DNA of 64,000 nt from Tubulanus polymorphus (Eukaryota > Animalia > Nemertea), in the NCBI RefSeq assembly GCF_964204645.1, contig NC_134034.1, positions 8,754,962 through 8,818,961 on the forward strand, written 5' to 3'. The notes beneath the pieces are model-generated. The model had not been told where the DNA came from, made no database searches, and saw nothing but the letters and a program-made list of their open reading frames with translations. The translations under genes were made by a program, and so were the position numbers. Below, piece by piece: positions 11,233 to 23,300 of the stretch. Each line of letters opens with the position of its first letter. The first letter of the stretch is position 1.

Positions 11233-14200
11233 ATGGAATCTAGATTAGCTTATTTAAATAAATGTTGGGAGAAAGAAATACGCTGGAATGTTTTCCCAAC
11301 GAAGCTGGAAGAGGTAAGTAAACTTTAGCCAACCATATCAAATACTTAAGGCCTGCATTTAGCAACAGAATTAATTCGTAATTCATGCACCTTTTCCATA
11401 ACATATGCTATTTCCTTGCATCGTATGGATATTTAGCTCAATGGCTATGTATGCCGCACTATTGTCTACATTATGCAGTTGGAATAGGTCTATTTAATGA
11501 ATATGTAGTGGAAGTCGTTAACCATTTCACCGTTTGAAATGACGTAAATGTGTCCCTGTAGAGGCCTCTTATTTGTCTGTTGATACCAACACAGAGTCCG
11601 CCTGTATTACCCGTCGCGTCAAAGAGATTACCATTATTTCATACAAAATTGTTCTTCGGTTTTCTAGTTAGGCTAAGCCTATTTCATAACAACAATAATT
11701 TAAATCGCGGAAATAGTCATCATTAATATCGTCAACATGGTTGGCCTATAGATCTAAGGCTAGGTCTAGGCCTAATTATTGATTAGATTTTTTAGTCAGT
11801 AGACTTCCTAACAGCCCTGGTAACCTATAATTTTTCTCAAAACCATGCCCTGCATGACTCAAAAACACCCCGCTCCAGGAATTTGAAAATTTAACCCTTG
11901 TCATTGAATAGCTAGGATATCATTTACAAGAAATTGAGCAATAAATTTCTAGGGTATAAATCATAAAAAAATACATTTCTTCCATATTCAAGTCAATGAA
12001 TATTTAACCTTTTTCTCGTGAATTTAGGAATGCGGTTGAGCCCTAGGCCTAACCTCTGAACAAAGTATAACAGTATTAGAATAATATTTTATGAAGTTCA
12101 TTTCATTATAGGCCTAGGCCTATAACAAAAAGTAATTCTAAAAAAATGATTCTATTTTATTTTGTTGCAGGGTTGTAAATTTCTTGCAGATAAGATGAAC
12201 GTACCCGATTCGTCAGTACTTTTTGGGTTATTAGGCATATCATCATATATATGTAGTAACGCGATCGTCAAAGTTTCAAACACCATGTGGGAAGAACCGG
12301 CTATCAACTGGCTTGCCGTTTGCACCCCGACTGGGTCAGGGAAGTCAACAGTGTATAGGCTGATGAGTAAAGTACTAAAAATGATCAAAAACAAGGTGGA
12401 AGAGTCAAAACCAGACGTTAAATCTGTTATCTGGACATTAGACGATCAAAGTTTTGAAAAAATGGGCGCCTTGATGGCCGAAAACAACGGAAAAGCATTT
12501 GCCCTACAAGATGAATTAACAAATTTCTTAACGCAAATAAACATATACAGCGGAAGCAAGGGATTGTTAGAAACAAACGAATTTTCAAGAATATTACAAA
12601 TGTATAACGGTAATTCCTGGACAAGGAAAACGGGTAAGGTCATTTCTGGATTCATCCAAATAATTTAGGCCTATTCACTGCAGGTTCAATTCAATAAATA
12701 AGATAAACCATATAAAAGTTAAATCATACTTGTGTCCGGACCAGTCCAGATCGCGGCAACAAGTCAATAGTCGTCACCTCTCAGTGTCCAGGCCAGGGAA
12801 GCTGCCACCTATTAAAGTCATTGAACATAATCAAAACACATGAGCCCACTAGTAACCATTTGTCTATTGATATACAAAATTTACTAACAACAAGAACATT
12901 GGCTACGCCAATTTTGTAGACACCCACCGGTTGTATTGTTAGAAATTCTCATTTTTAACATAAACATGCTCAACATAAAAGATAATAATGCCGGTATCTA
13001 TTTTACAGTTGGTGAAAAAGCTAATTTTACAATGGAAACCACCGGCCTATCGATATTTAGGATGACACAGCCAAGTACGGCATATTCATTAATAACGGAG
13101 AAGCAAAATATTGACAAAGGTCTCACATCAAGATTTCTTTGGTTATTTCCTAAGCCGAAATTCAACACATTCGAAGATTTAAAGTGTACGGACGATGATA
13201 CCGGAGATGTCTTCATTGAGCGTTTATGTAAGTAAATAGATAGTTGCCGGTTTTATGAAATGTTGCTATGAGACGGGAAACGGGTCAGTTTAATGTTCTG
13301 ATTCGTGACTGATGTTGGTCACTTGTTCATCATCGCACAAAACGTGTTTTGGAGCGGAATATCGTGAATTGCTAAATCGTTGAAATAGTTCAATTAGTTT
13401 TCATTATATTTTTTGAAAATTCTAAATTAACTCTTTACTTGGAAGTGTATTTTTACGTATTGAAAGTAAAAAATTTGTTTTTTATTAAGATCATTATATG
13501 TTTTTATTCTAGTCCTAAAAAGTACCTCCTATATTTTTCAAATTTTTGATTTATAAATGTTTCACTAAATGTAGGCGAGGCATTCAGTAAACAAGTACTG
13601 CACAACGGTGACAATGATGTGACCTTGTACAGAATAGACACAGATACAGATAACGAAGTTTCGGACATTTATGATAAATTTCAACAAAAATTGAAATCGA
13701 ATTGTTTGGCCAACAACCTGCTAAGTGGTGAGTTTAAATCTAATAAATTATATTATAGTTATATTTTAGTAGCGAGGAGTACTTTCAAGTCTTCAGGTAT
13801 TTCCAGCTGTTGAAAACAAAGAAAATAACAAATTCACCTACTTGCAAATGATAATGTCATAGCAAATTAATCAGCAAGTGTTCTATACGATTTGAATATT
13901 GATCATACTTTACGGTTTAACATATTACCACAAAATCATTAAAGAAAAATTAATTTGATATTGCTTTCATATTAACAGCGCTTTACTCAAAAGGCAAGGG
14001 ACAGGTACTTCGTCTTTGCCCAGCGATACAACTACTATTCAACATCTTCTATGACGGTGATGATGAACAGCTTGATCACGAGAGGAACACAATCAGATCA
14101 GAAGTGATCAGGGCTTCGGTAGAAATTGTTTCGCTATGCATTGACCATGTCGCGACTGTGGTGGGAATGGAAAATGATTCGCCGCCAGTCTTAATCCCGG

Positions 14201-15565
14201 ATGGTAAGATACGTTACTTAGATAAACGCAATAACAGTTCCTCACAAGTCACCTTGGACTTTTCTGAGTGATGTAACATTATGTCGACGATGCACTCGGG
14301 ACTACTCCACATGGACGGTCAAAAAATTTAAGACGTAGGCTACATCAAACCCTGGCTGTAGAAAAGGTACCTCGTCCTAATCGATAGAACTATTGACACT
14401 AACTTGCCTTATTGAGAATATGCTTATCCCGGGCAATCGGTCAATCGGATCCTGTAACAGTGTCCTGAACTTAAATCACGTTTGGCGTATACTGGCCTTC
14501 ATTCCGGAGTAGATTTTGTGTAATTGAAGAAGCGTAGTAGGTTGTACAAATTGAAGCTTCATTATTAAAAATGACTGTAAAACATACGATGGTAAATGAT
14601 TATCAATTATGAAAACGCACGTATTTGTTGTTTTTTTAAACTACTAGATTAATGGTAAAAGTGTAACTTTCACTAATAGATTATCAACCGGTAGAATAAT
14701 GTAAAATATGTTATATTTGTACAGGTATATAGGTATACAGGCTAGCCTTATCGGCTTTTGAATAAAAGCAAAAATTAATTTCGACAGTCATCCTAATATA
14801 ATGTCTTGATAAAAATAATTATGTTAGAATAATTATGTTTACGCGGAATTCCACGGTACCGCAACATAAAATGGGAGCTATAGGCCTACATGATAACTAG
14901 AGGGATATAAAGATGTGCATTTCCCGAGAAAAACCACTATTTTTCATTTTTGGTCTCATAATAGAAAGATTATAAGATTTTTAGATTGAGTTTTCCGGGA
15001 AAATCCAGATTTTGTTTTTGTGCTTTTCATTTGTACACGCATCGACTATTTCGTATACGTCAAACAATTATCTAAATATTGTTTTACTAAAGGTATCACC
15101 GAAACGAACCAACGACTCATGAAAATTGTCATATTAAATCAAGGGAGAGAGGTATTCATGAGTGCGATGCAAAAGAAGTCGGCATTCAAAGTAAATGGGG
15201 GGAAGAATAAGATTAAAGAAATATTCCAAATGCTTGAGAACCGAAATGCCGGCACCATAAACATTGCTACTGATAAGGTAGGCATTTTAAACAATTCTTA
15301 GTTCTAGGCAAAAAATATTCTTTCAGTTTGTCGCGTGATATACAAACACAATATATTTGTATACATGGGTCCATTAAAATATTTATGACCCTTTCATTCC
15401 TCTCTGTGCATATATATTGATATACAATTATGATTGATCTCTTTTCAGATAAGTTTTCTCAAAACTGAAAACATAGAAGATGAGATGTTAACTTCGTTGA
15501 AAGTGACAAGATCAGAGTTTGTTAACAGCTTGTCAGCATCAAAAGTGCCTTTGGAACAACAGTAA
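11233..15565 (+). CDS. Seven-exon DUF3987/YfjI-like P-loop NTPase, ~480 aa (exons 11233-11313, 12171-12633, 13009-13227, 13575-13727, 13979-14203, 15093-15277, 15449-15565)
   Basis: All junctions are GT-AG and phase-compatible, giving 1443 nt with no stop. Walker A PTGSGKS, Walker B ALQDE, LQMYNG..W.R.T, TQP, GLTSRFL and SK.KGQVLRL motifs match the DUF3987 pattern. Winged-helix-like C-terminus is inferred. Confidence 0.8.
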
Positions 15566-16198
15566 GTGTATCTGTTTATATATTTGCCCATCCGAATATA
15601 ATTACCGGTACACATTAGAATTTAAACTGAAGTAACTTATCCACTTACCATTTCTTGAAAATATCTCAAAAGTATATCCTTATTTACATCGTAACATTAC
15701 AATGGGAATATATATATTTTCATTGGAGCTATGATTTAAGTTTATATTCACATCTATTTTCGTGTCAACTACATCTTTAATCCCAGAGAAGACGTTTGAA
15801 ATTGGTTTTAGCGGGATTAGCTTTGTAACCCCCCCCCCCCCCCCCCTATTAGACAGTTTACAGTTCAATATTTCAGAAACTATAAGGAAATACTATATTC
15901 GGAAAAAGTAATGCCGGGTATTAACTCCTTCATTAATGTTGGGCTGAAATGAGACAAACATCAGCTAAAATAACCTATAATGAGCAAATCTCATTGCTGT
16001 GATTACAACATAACATAACATGTTACTAGTTCTGTATAATACAACATTTTTCTATCAAATTTCATGTCTCAAGCTTCAATAAAACGACCATTGGAATATG
16101 TAGCCAAAAGCTTTGAAAAATCTCCTCGTTTATACTAATATCTTTATCAGTTTAGAAAAGTAATAAACATACGGTGTGAAGCGCGTTTTACACATGTT

Positions 16199-19100
16199 TT
16201 ATACAAGTTTTAATCTTTTTTCAAGTCTCTCGTTAAAGTCATTATTAATCAAGTTGAAAAATAATTTCCTTTTATTCCTGGTCATGTATCTAGTTGCCGC
16301 TTTGTATCGATTCAATCGAACGAAACCCTGTTCGCAACTTTCTGTATTCGTGCCGGCGATATCTTGAAATGCATCTAAATTAGGATGGTATTTACATTGA
16401 GGCCCATCGAGAGGCATGCATGTAGGCTTCGTGTGTTTCACAACATGGAAAATATCCACCAAAAACTTGGTGTTCTCCAACAATTCGGATGCTTCAACAA
16501 CACCGTCTTTGGCTAGTCGGCACAAAAATGGATGCAACTCACAGCAACGATCATAACCGACGTATCTCAAGTAATCTTTATATCCATTTCTCACATATGT
16601 TTCATGTAAGAAAAGGAAAGCCTGTGTTATACTTTCATGCGAAAACATCTCAACCATTCTGACGACGATTCCACAAGGTTTTATCGCAGCAAACATACCG
16701 GCAGTAGTAGAGTAAAACTTATTCAATTTCTGTACTCTATCTTTGCATCCTAATTCAGCGACGGATTCATCCACAAGTAACATATTTCGCGCACGTTTAA
16801 CATCGTGTACATAATCTGTAAACAATATCGATTTCGTTACTATATGAATCGCAACGAAAGAAATAAAACCCTGTTTACAGGGTCAGAATCATTGTTTAAA
16901 GTAAATCCCTGACATTGACCATAACCATACTGGGGGTATAGTTAAACGTAGGGTCAGAGAGGGTCATAGGATCATAGGGTTGTTGTGTCAGGGAAGGTAA
17001 TAGGGTTATATTGTCAATAGCGTTGGAGCATAAGAGAGGGTTCTTGTGTTCGAGAGTGTCACATGTTCAGTATCATTACATGGTCAGTGAAGTCATAGGA
17101 TTAGTATTGTCATTAGAGGGTTACTAGAGGACTGAAATATTAAATATGTTCTTAGGTTGTATTGAATTAACCTTGAATTTATATTTATATACATGCAAAC
17201 ATTTAAATATATTCTTTAATAGTAACAGATTGTAATTAAAAATATAAATCAAAAACATCTTGAATTGTCGCTGACCCTATGAGTATAAACCTAGCGTTAA
17301 TTTTCATGTACCTTTGAGATATAATGGAATCCGCGTCTGTCTTTCAGGTCGTTTTGTATGGTCGTCTTTATTGGGTTTGTCTGTCAGCTTTTTCTCTTCC
17401 ATTGGTCTATGTTCGTTACAGAACCTATTGATATTAAGTAACTTTAAATTAACAGGTATACGTTTTGCTGATGTTTTCAATGATAGGGCAACCTAAATGT
17501 ACGAGCATGTTATAGCCTACGCCCGTAAATAAACTATCATCGAGAATTCATCGTAAGAGTTGAAGTGATCAGAGCTGACACCTACCTTGACGAGGGTTTG
17601 TGTTTCCCGCCATAAGAAGGGTCATTCTGACATGTTATGATTGTTCTGATTGAGTTTGTATCGTCAAAATGTACTTGGCTATCCGCTGCACACATTGCCC
17701 GATGAAGCTTTTCATTGCCATCGATAGTGACGTACCCCTCCCTACACCCCTTCGTTTCGCACACATGTTTAATCCACTTTCGTTCTTTTTCTTCAAATAC
17801 CTTTAATATAACGAGTACCGGACTGCTAAGCTTATTTTAAAATTAGATCGCAAAGAATCGCGTTATTGTCTGCGATTCTATATAAACAAAGCAACGAACT
17901 ATTTATTTCCCATTATATTAGAGGAGTGGTGTTTGGGGGTTAGGCTTTAGAGCGTTAGGTTTCATATGGTTAGGGTTTACGGGGTTAGGGGTTTAGTTTT
18001 TAAAGGGTTAAATTTTATAGATTTAGGTTTTAAAGGGTTTGGGTTTAGAGTGTTCAGGGGTTTAGTGTTTAGGTTTTAGGGGTTTAGGGGTTAGGGTTTA
18101 GGGGGTTAGGGTTTAGTGTTTAGAGGGTTAGGGTTAAGAGGGTTAGGGTTTAGGGGGTTTAGTGTTCAAAGGGTTAGAGAGAAATTAGAGGGTTCAGGGT
18201 TTAGAGAGTTAGAGGGTTAGGGTTTAGTGGTTTTTAGGGTTTAGGGTTTACGGGGTTAGGGTTTAGGGGGCTAGGGTTTAGGGGGTTAGGGTTTAGTGTT
18301 TAGAGGGTTAGGGTTTAGTGTTAAGAGGGTTAGTGTTCAGAGGGTTAGTGTTTAGAGGGTTAAGGTTTAGTGTTTAAAGGGTTAGGGTTTACGGGGTTAG
18401 GTTTTAGAGGGTTAGGGTTTAGGGGGCTAGGGTTTAGTGTTAAGAGGGTTAGGGTTTAGTGTTCAGAGGGTAAGTGTTTAGAGGGTTAGGGTTTAGTGTT
18501 TAGAGGTTTAGGTTTAAGAGGGTTAGGGTTTTGGGGGCTAGGATTTAGTGTTTAGAGGGTTAGGGTTGAATGATTAGAGGGTTAGGGTTTAGTGTTTAGA
18601 GGTTTAGGTTTTAGAGGGTTAGGTTTTAGGGGGCTAGGGTTTAGTGTTTAAAGGGTTAGGTTTTAGTGATTAGAGGGTTAGGGTTTAGTGTTTAGAGGTT
18701 TAGTGTTTATAGGGTTTAGAGGGTTAGGGTTTACGGGGTTAGGTTTTAGAGGGTTAGGGTTTAGGGTTTACGGGGTTAGGGGGTTAGGGTTAGGGTTTAG
18801 TGATTAGAGGGTTAGGGTTTAGGGGGCTAGGGCTTAGGGGGCTAGGGTTTAGTGTTCAGGGATTAGAGAGTTAGATTTTAGCGGATTTTAGTGTTCAGAG
18901 GGTTAGGGTTTAGGGGGTTAGGGTTTAGTGTTTAGCGGGTTAGGTTTCAATGGGGGTTTAGGGATAAGGTTTTAGAGAGAATTTAGAGGGTTTAGTGTTT
19001 ATAGGGTTAGGTTTTAGAGGGTTTAGGGTTTACAGGGTTAGGTTTTAGAGGTTTAGGGTTTACGGGATTAGGGGTTTAGGTTTTAGAGGGTTAGGTTTTA

Positions 19101-21055
19101 GGGGGCTAGGGTTTAGTGTTTAGAGGGTTAGGGTTTAGTGATTAGAGGGTTAGGGTTTAGTGTTTAGAGGTTTAGGTTTTAGAGGGTTAGGGTTTAGAGG
19201 CTAGGGTTTAGTGTTTAGAGGGTTAGGGTTTAGTGATTAGAGGGTTAGGGTTTAGGGGTTTAGGTTTTAGATGGTTAGGGTTTAGTGTTTAGCGGGTTAG
19301 GTTTCAATGGGGGTTTAGGGATAAGGTTTTAGAGAGAATTTAGAGGGTTCAGTGTTTATAGGGTTAGGTTTTAGAGGGTTTAGGGTTTCCGGGGTTAGGT
19401 TTTAGAGGGTTAGGGTTTAGGGTTTACGGGGTTAGGGGTTTAGGTTTTAGAGGGTTAGGGTTTAGGGGCCTAAGGTTTAGGGGACTAGGGTTTAGTGTTA
19501 AGAGGGTTAGGGTTTAGTGTTTAGAGGTTTAGGTTTTAGAGGGTTAGGGTTTAGGGGGCTAGGGTTTAGTGTTTAGAGGGTTAGGGTTGAGTGATTAGAG
19601 GGTTAAGGTTTAGGGGTAAGTGTGTAGGGGGTTAGTGTTTAGTGTTTAGAGGGTAGGGGTTTACGTGGTTAAGTGCTTAGGGTTCAGTGTTTATAGGGTT
19701 AGGTTTTAGAGGTTTAGTATTTAGAGGGTTAGGGTTTAGTGTTTATAGGGTTAGGTTTTAGAGGGTTTGGGTTTAGGGTTTACGGGGTTAGGTTTTAGAG
19801 GGTTAGGGTTTAGGGGGCTAGGGCTTAGGGGGCTAGGGTTTAGTGTTCAGGGATTAGAGAGTTAGATTTTAGCGGGTTTTAGTGTTCAGAGGGTTAGGGT
19901 TTAGGGGGTTAGGGTTTAGTGTTTAGCGGGTTAGGTTTCAATGGGGGTTTAGGGATAAGGTTTTAGAGAGAATTTAGAGGGTTTAGTGTTTAGAGAGTTA
20001 CGGTTAGGTTTATTTTGGTGGGTGTTTATGCTTGAGAGTACCATAGCTTATTAGGTTAGGGTTTAGATGGTTAGAATCCTAGTTCGTTCATGTTATGTGG
20101 GTTTCTTATAAGTATATGTAATGTTAACATGGACTCAATGTGAAATGTAGCATGATATCAGTAGCCTATATCTTTCTTGTCAACATTGAGGAACAATTTT
20201 CAAAGACTCACCGGCCACGCTTGTTTGCAAATTGCATCTAAATCGATGTGTCCATTCTTTAAGTATTTGAAATTTGATATTGGCGTCTTCAGGTTTGGGT
20301 AGTTCAGTTTTGATTCCCTAGTTATTCTGTACAAAAACCACGCTTCTTCGAGTCTGAGTTCATTCAGGTACCAATTTATCGAATCATCTTGACCATCACT
20401 TGTAGGAGTACGCGAAAAGACCGATGAACAGTGCAGTCTTGTTTTGTTCGCATTTTCGTGTTCTTCGTTGTAGGCGTCCGCGAGCGCTTTGAAAGAGGCC
20501 CCGAAATGATTTATCGAGACGGAAACATGTTCAAGATAATCAATTGAAAACGCGGTTTGAGATGTTGATAGAAAATAGGTTTCGTTTGGATTTTCATAAT
20601 CCAGAAAACGAAGCCGCTATGTGAACTCCGGTTTTCGTAAATACATGTGGAAAAGACGGTTCATTTCTCAAAGTTATTTTTCGATCGCAAAACAAACACA
20701 TCTGTAACGGCGGCATTAGCACGATTGGTTTAAATCCATCTCTTCTGGATGACACAGTCCCATAAATTATATCTTTGTGAATAGTCTCCATCCTAAGTAT
20801 ATCCGGATATTGTTGACTAATGACCCCATAAAGATCACGGCAGCACATTTCATTTTTTTCGAATGTCCTAACAGATGAAAAGCGACTACTGTTTGCTACC
20901 ATTATATACGTTCTATTCGTCTCATCGTTTGAAATGTCCTCAGAAGCTCCAAGATATGTACAAAAATGCTTCCATCGATTTGGCATACATTTAGGGAAAA
21001 GCTCTGATGCTTTCAAAAAAGAACACAGTTCTCCGAGACGTAAATAAAACGCCAT
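16199..21055 (-). pseudogene. Spliced KDZ (Kyakuja/Dileera/Zisupton-like) transposase with CxC5/CxC6-like domains (exons 21055-20212, 17800-17586, 17424-17312, 16815-16199); frameshift/deletion near 20597
   Basis: Motifs TIDGNEK..R..C, C...FC..H, G.FAAIKPCG, ES, GYDRCC, LVDIFH..KH...C and NTESCEQ.F..LN. Exon phases are compatible. Exon 1 switches frame after AASFSG and resumes YENPNETYFLSTSQTAF...SF.ALADAYN. Confidence 0.8.
17925..20075 (+). repeat. ~2.1-kb degenerate telomere-like (TTAGGG/TTTAGGG/TTAGAGGG/TTTAGTG) minisatellite inside transposase intron 1
   Basis: Directly visible, with longer internal blocks repeated (e.g. TTTCAATGGGGGTTTAGGGATAAGG three times). Confidence 0.95.
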
Positions 21056-21109
21056 TTTATCAATTTATATTCACACAAAACGGTAAAACTTTGTTATGGT
21101 ATCCAGGTG

Positions 21110-21910
21110 ACCATTTATTCTGGAACGATCCGGAAATTTCTGGAAAAGCAATTCTAATTTATTCTGGAACGATCCGGAAATTCTGGAAAAATAATTCTGA
21201 TTTTTCCGGAATTCCGCGGTACCCCCCCCCCTCCGTGCCGATCAGCTTTCTGGATAGATCCGGAAATTTCTGGAAAAGCAATTCTAATTTATTCTGGAAC
21301 GATCCGGAAATTTCTGGAAAAATAATTCTGATTTTTCCGGAATTCCGCGGTACCCCCCCCCCCTCCGTGCCGGTCAGCTTTCTGGATAGATCCGGAAATT
21401 TCTGGAAAAGCAATTCTAATTTATTCTGGAACGATCCGGAAATTTCTGGAAAAATAATTCTGATTTTTCCGGAATTCCGCGGTACCCCCCCCCCCCTCCG
21501 TGCCGGTCAGCTTTCTGGATAGATCCGGAAATTTCTGGAAAAGCAATTCTAATTTATTCTGGAACGATCCGGAAATTTCTGGAAAAATAATTCTGATTTT
21601 TCCGGAATTCCGCGGTACCCCCCCCCCCGAGACGTAAATAAAACGCCATTTTATCAATTTATATTCACACAAAACGGTAAAACTTTGTTATGGTATCCAG
21701 GTGACCATTTATTCTGGAACAATCCGGAAATTTCTGGAAAAGCAATTCTAATTTATTCTGGAACGATCCGGAGATTTCTGGAAAAATAATTCCGATTTTC
21801 CGGAATTCCGCGGCATCCCCTCCTCCGTGCCGTTACGAGATCAGCTTTCTGGATAGATCCGGAAATTTCTGGAAAAGCAATTCTAATTTATTCTGGAACG
21901 ATCCGGAAAT
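21110..21910. repeat. Subterminal tandem array (~132-bp unit rich in TTCCGGAA/TTCTGGAA), including a duplication of the transposase start region
   Basis: Unit recurs at ~21229, 21361 and 21494. 21034-21230 is repeated at ~21627-21830. Confidence 0.9.
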
Positions 21911-22654
21911 AGTCAGAAAAAACGATAGTAAAGTATGAAAAATGTCAGAAACCGCACCAATCTCCTATTTTTCACCTCAGTGCCAATCTATTATTATTCG
22001 TCTTTATGAGAGGACCAGTTCGATCAGGGACGTGTCAGCAGTAGTAAGATGGAGACCATCAATCGAGGATCCGAACCCGCAGTCCTTTATTGACTGATGG
22101 CCTTCATCCGGGGGTAGTCATGACAGAGTGTCATACGTAGAGAACGGTAGATGTTGGAGAGAACTAGGTTCGAACCCGAGCGAAATCCTGGCCAGGTAGT
22201 CGCCTACTTGGATGCTGAGCCCTGATCATGGAATGAGAAGGATGAATATTTATTTGACGATAATTTAGATAAGAATTTATATCTTTTCCCTGAGGAGGAA
22301 TTACTTCCCCCAATATTTTCGTATCACCCGATTATATTGTTTCAGGGCGAACCCTAGTAGCAAACGCCTATTTTACTTATCCAACCCTATAAAGAAACAC
22401 GCTACCCAGGAGAGAAACGCTACACCATCTTAACGCTCTCGTCGCTGTAATAGTATGTCTATCTATTAATTGATGAGACCTGTTTTTCTGGGATATTTTG
22501 CTTACTTTTTGGGGAACATACCTCATTTATGTCTTAACAGAATGCCAAAAATCGCGGACAACAACTGAATATCCGATATATTTCCAGTTCTGTACCAATT
22601 AGATGGATTGGCAAAAAGACTCCTTAAGTCCAGTTGAATGAGAGAGAAAATCCT

Positions 22655-22797
22655 CCATTTTGTCAAATTTCTTGGATTTGAACATTGTTACCATGCCAAC
22701 GCCACCCTGATTTAGTTGTTGAGACCCCACAAGAAAAATAACTTCATTTCGTAGGCATGGTGACAATGTAAAAATTCAAGAAATTTCACAAAATGGT
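22655..22797. repeat. Imperfect inverted repeat (small hairpin/MITE-like)
   Basis: CCATTTTGTCAAATTTCTTGGATTTGAACATTGTTACCATGCC pairs with GGCATGGTGACAATGTAAAAATTCAAGAAATTTCACAAAATGG. Confidence 0.65.
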
Positions 22798-22989
22798 ATA
22801 GTATATCTTCTGTGCTATTTCCGTAATCTTACTCCGAGATGTCATTTCTGCTGACCATGAAAATCGCCTGTATTCAGTATCACTCCTTTTTCGAACGAAC
22901 ACGCGGTCGTTTCATCTCCTTATTGACGTCGCCTCTGAATTTCGACTCTTCGAGTTCGCGTCAACGACATTTTGAATTTGGCGCGCAGT

Positions 22990-23300
22990 CGTTGATTAAC
23001 GACAACGCTCGTCGTTAACTATTTGACGCTCCGTCGTATAATTCTTATCGTTGATTGAAGACAACGCTCGTCGTTAACTATATTTGACGCTCCGTCGTAT
23101 AATTCTTATCGTTGATTAACGACAACGCTCGTCGTTAACTATTTGACGCTCCGTCGTATAATTCTTATCGTTGATTGAAGACAACGCTCGTCGTTAACTA
23201 TATTTGACGCTCCGTCGTATAATTCTTATCGTTAATTAACGACAACGCTCGTCGTTAACTATTTGACGCTCCGTCGTAAACATCTTAATCGTTGATTAGC
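22990..23300. repeat. Tandem repeat, ~5 copies alternating 59/61 bp (120-bp dimer)
   Basis: Unit CGTTGATTAACGACAACGCTCGTCGTTAACTATTTGACGCTCCGTCGTATAATTCTTAT. Confidence 0.9.

Larger units (their letters stand above)
10878..21958. mobile_element. 11.1-kb TIR DNA transposon encoding a KDZ-type transposase and a DUF3987-like NTPase
   Basis: Perfect 20-bp TIR GGTGCGGTTTCTGACATTTT (10878-10897 / 21939-21958). AAT on both flanks (10875-10877, 21959-21961). TTCCGGAA-rich subterminal arrays at both ends. Two convergent genes. Confidence 0.92.
3747..22424 (+). mobile_element. Ty3/Gypsy LTR retrotransposon (5' LTR outside window; 3' LTR interrupted by the 10878-21958 insertion)
   Basis: gag, then pol with PR-RT-RH-IN order, ORF3, a polypurine tract, and an LTR running TGTGGCG...CGCTACA. 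Confidence 0.9.
10070..22424 (+). repeat. 3' LTR (~1.27 kb: 10070-10877 plus 21962-22424), split by an insertion
   Basis: Starts TGTGGCG after the PPT. Near-complementary CGCTACA at 22418-22424. The end is inferred because the 5' LTR is not available. Confidence 0.65.

Noticed and set aside
12162-13235. Bacterial contamination suggested by a YfjI-like protein
   Set aside because: The gene has six canonical spliceosomal introns and lies inside a eukaryotic transposon.
17925-20075. True chromosome end or telomere fusion
   Set aside because: Highly degenerate, single orientation, and inside an intron of a TIR-bounded element.
21007-21672. ORFs of 171, 84 and 83 aa with repeated FWNDPEISGK
   Set aside because: Translations of the subterminal tandem array, not genes.
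10878-21958. Classification as PIF/Harbinger because of GG ends and a 3-bp TSD
   Set aside because: No Harbinger DDE or Myb/SANT protein; the encoded motifs are KDZ-type.
22990-23300. Regular repeats resembling a CRISPR array
   Set aside because: Units are contiguous with no unique spacers; eukaryotic context and no cas genes.
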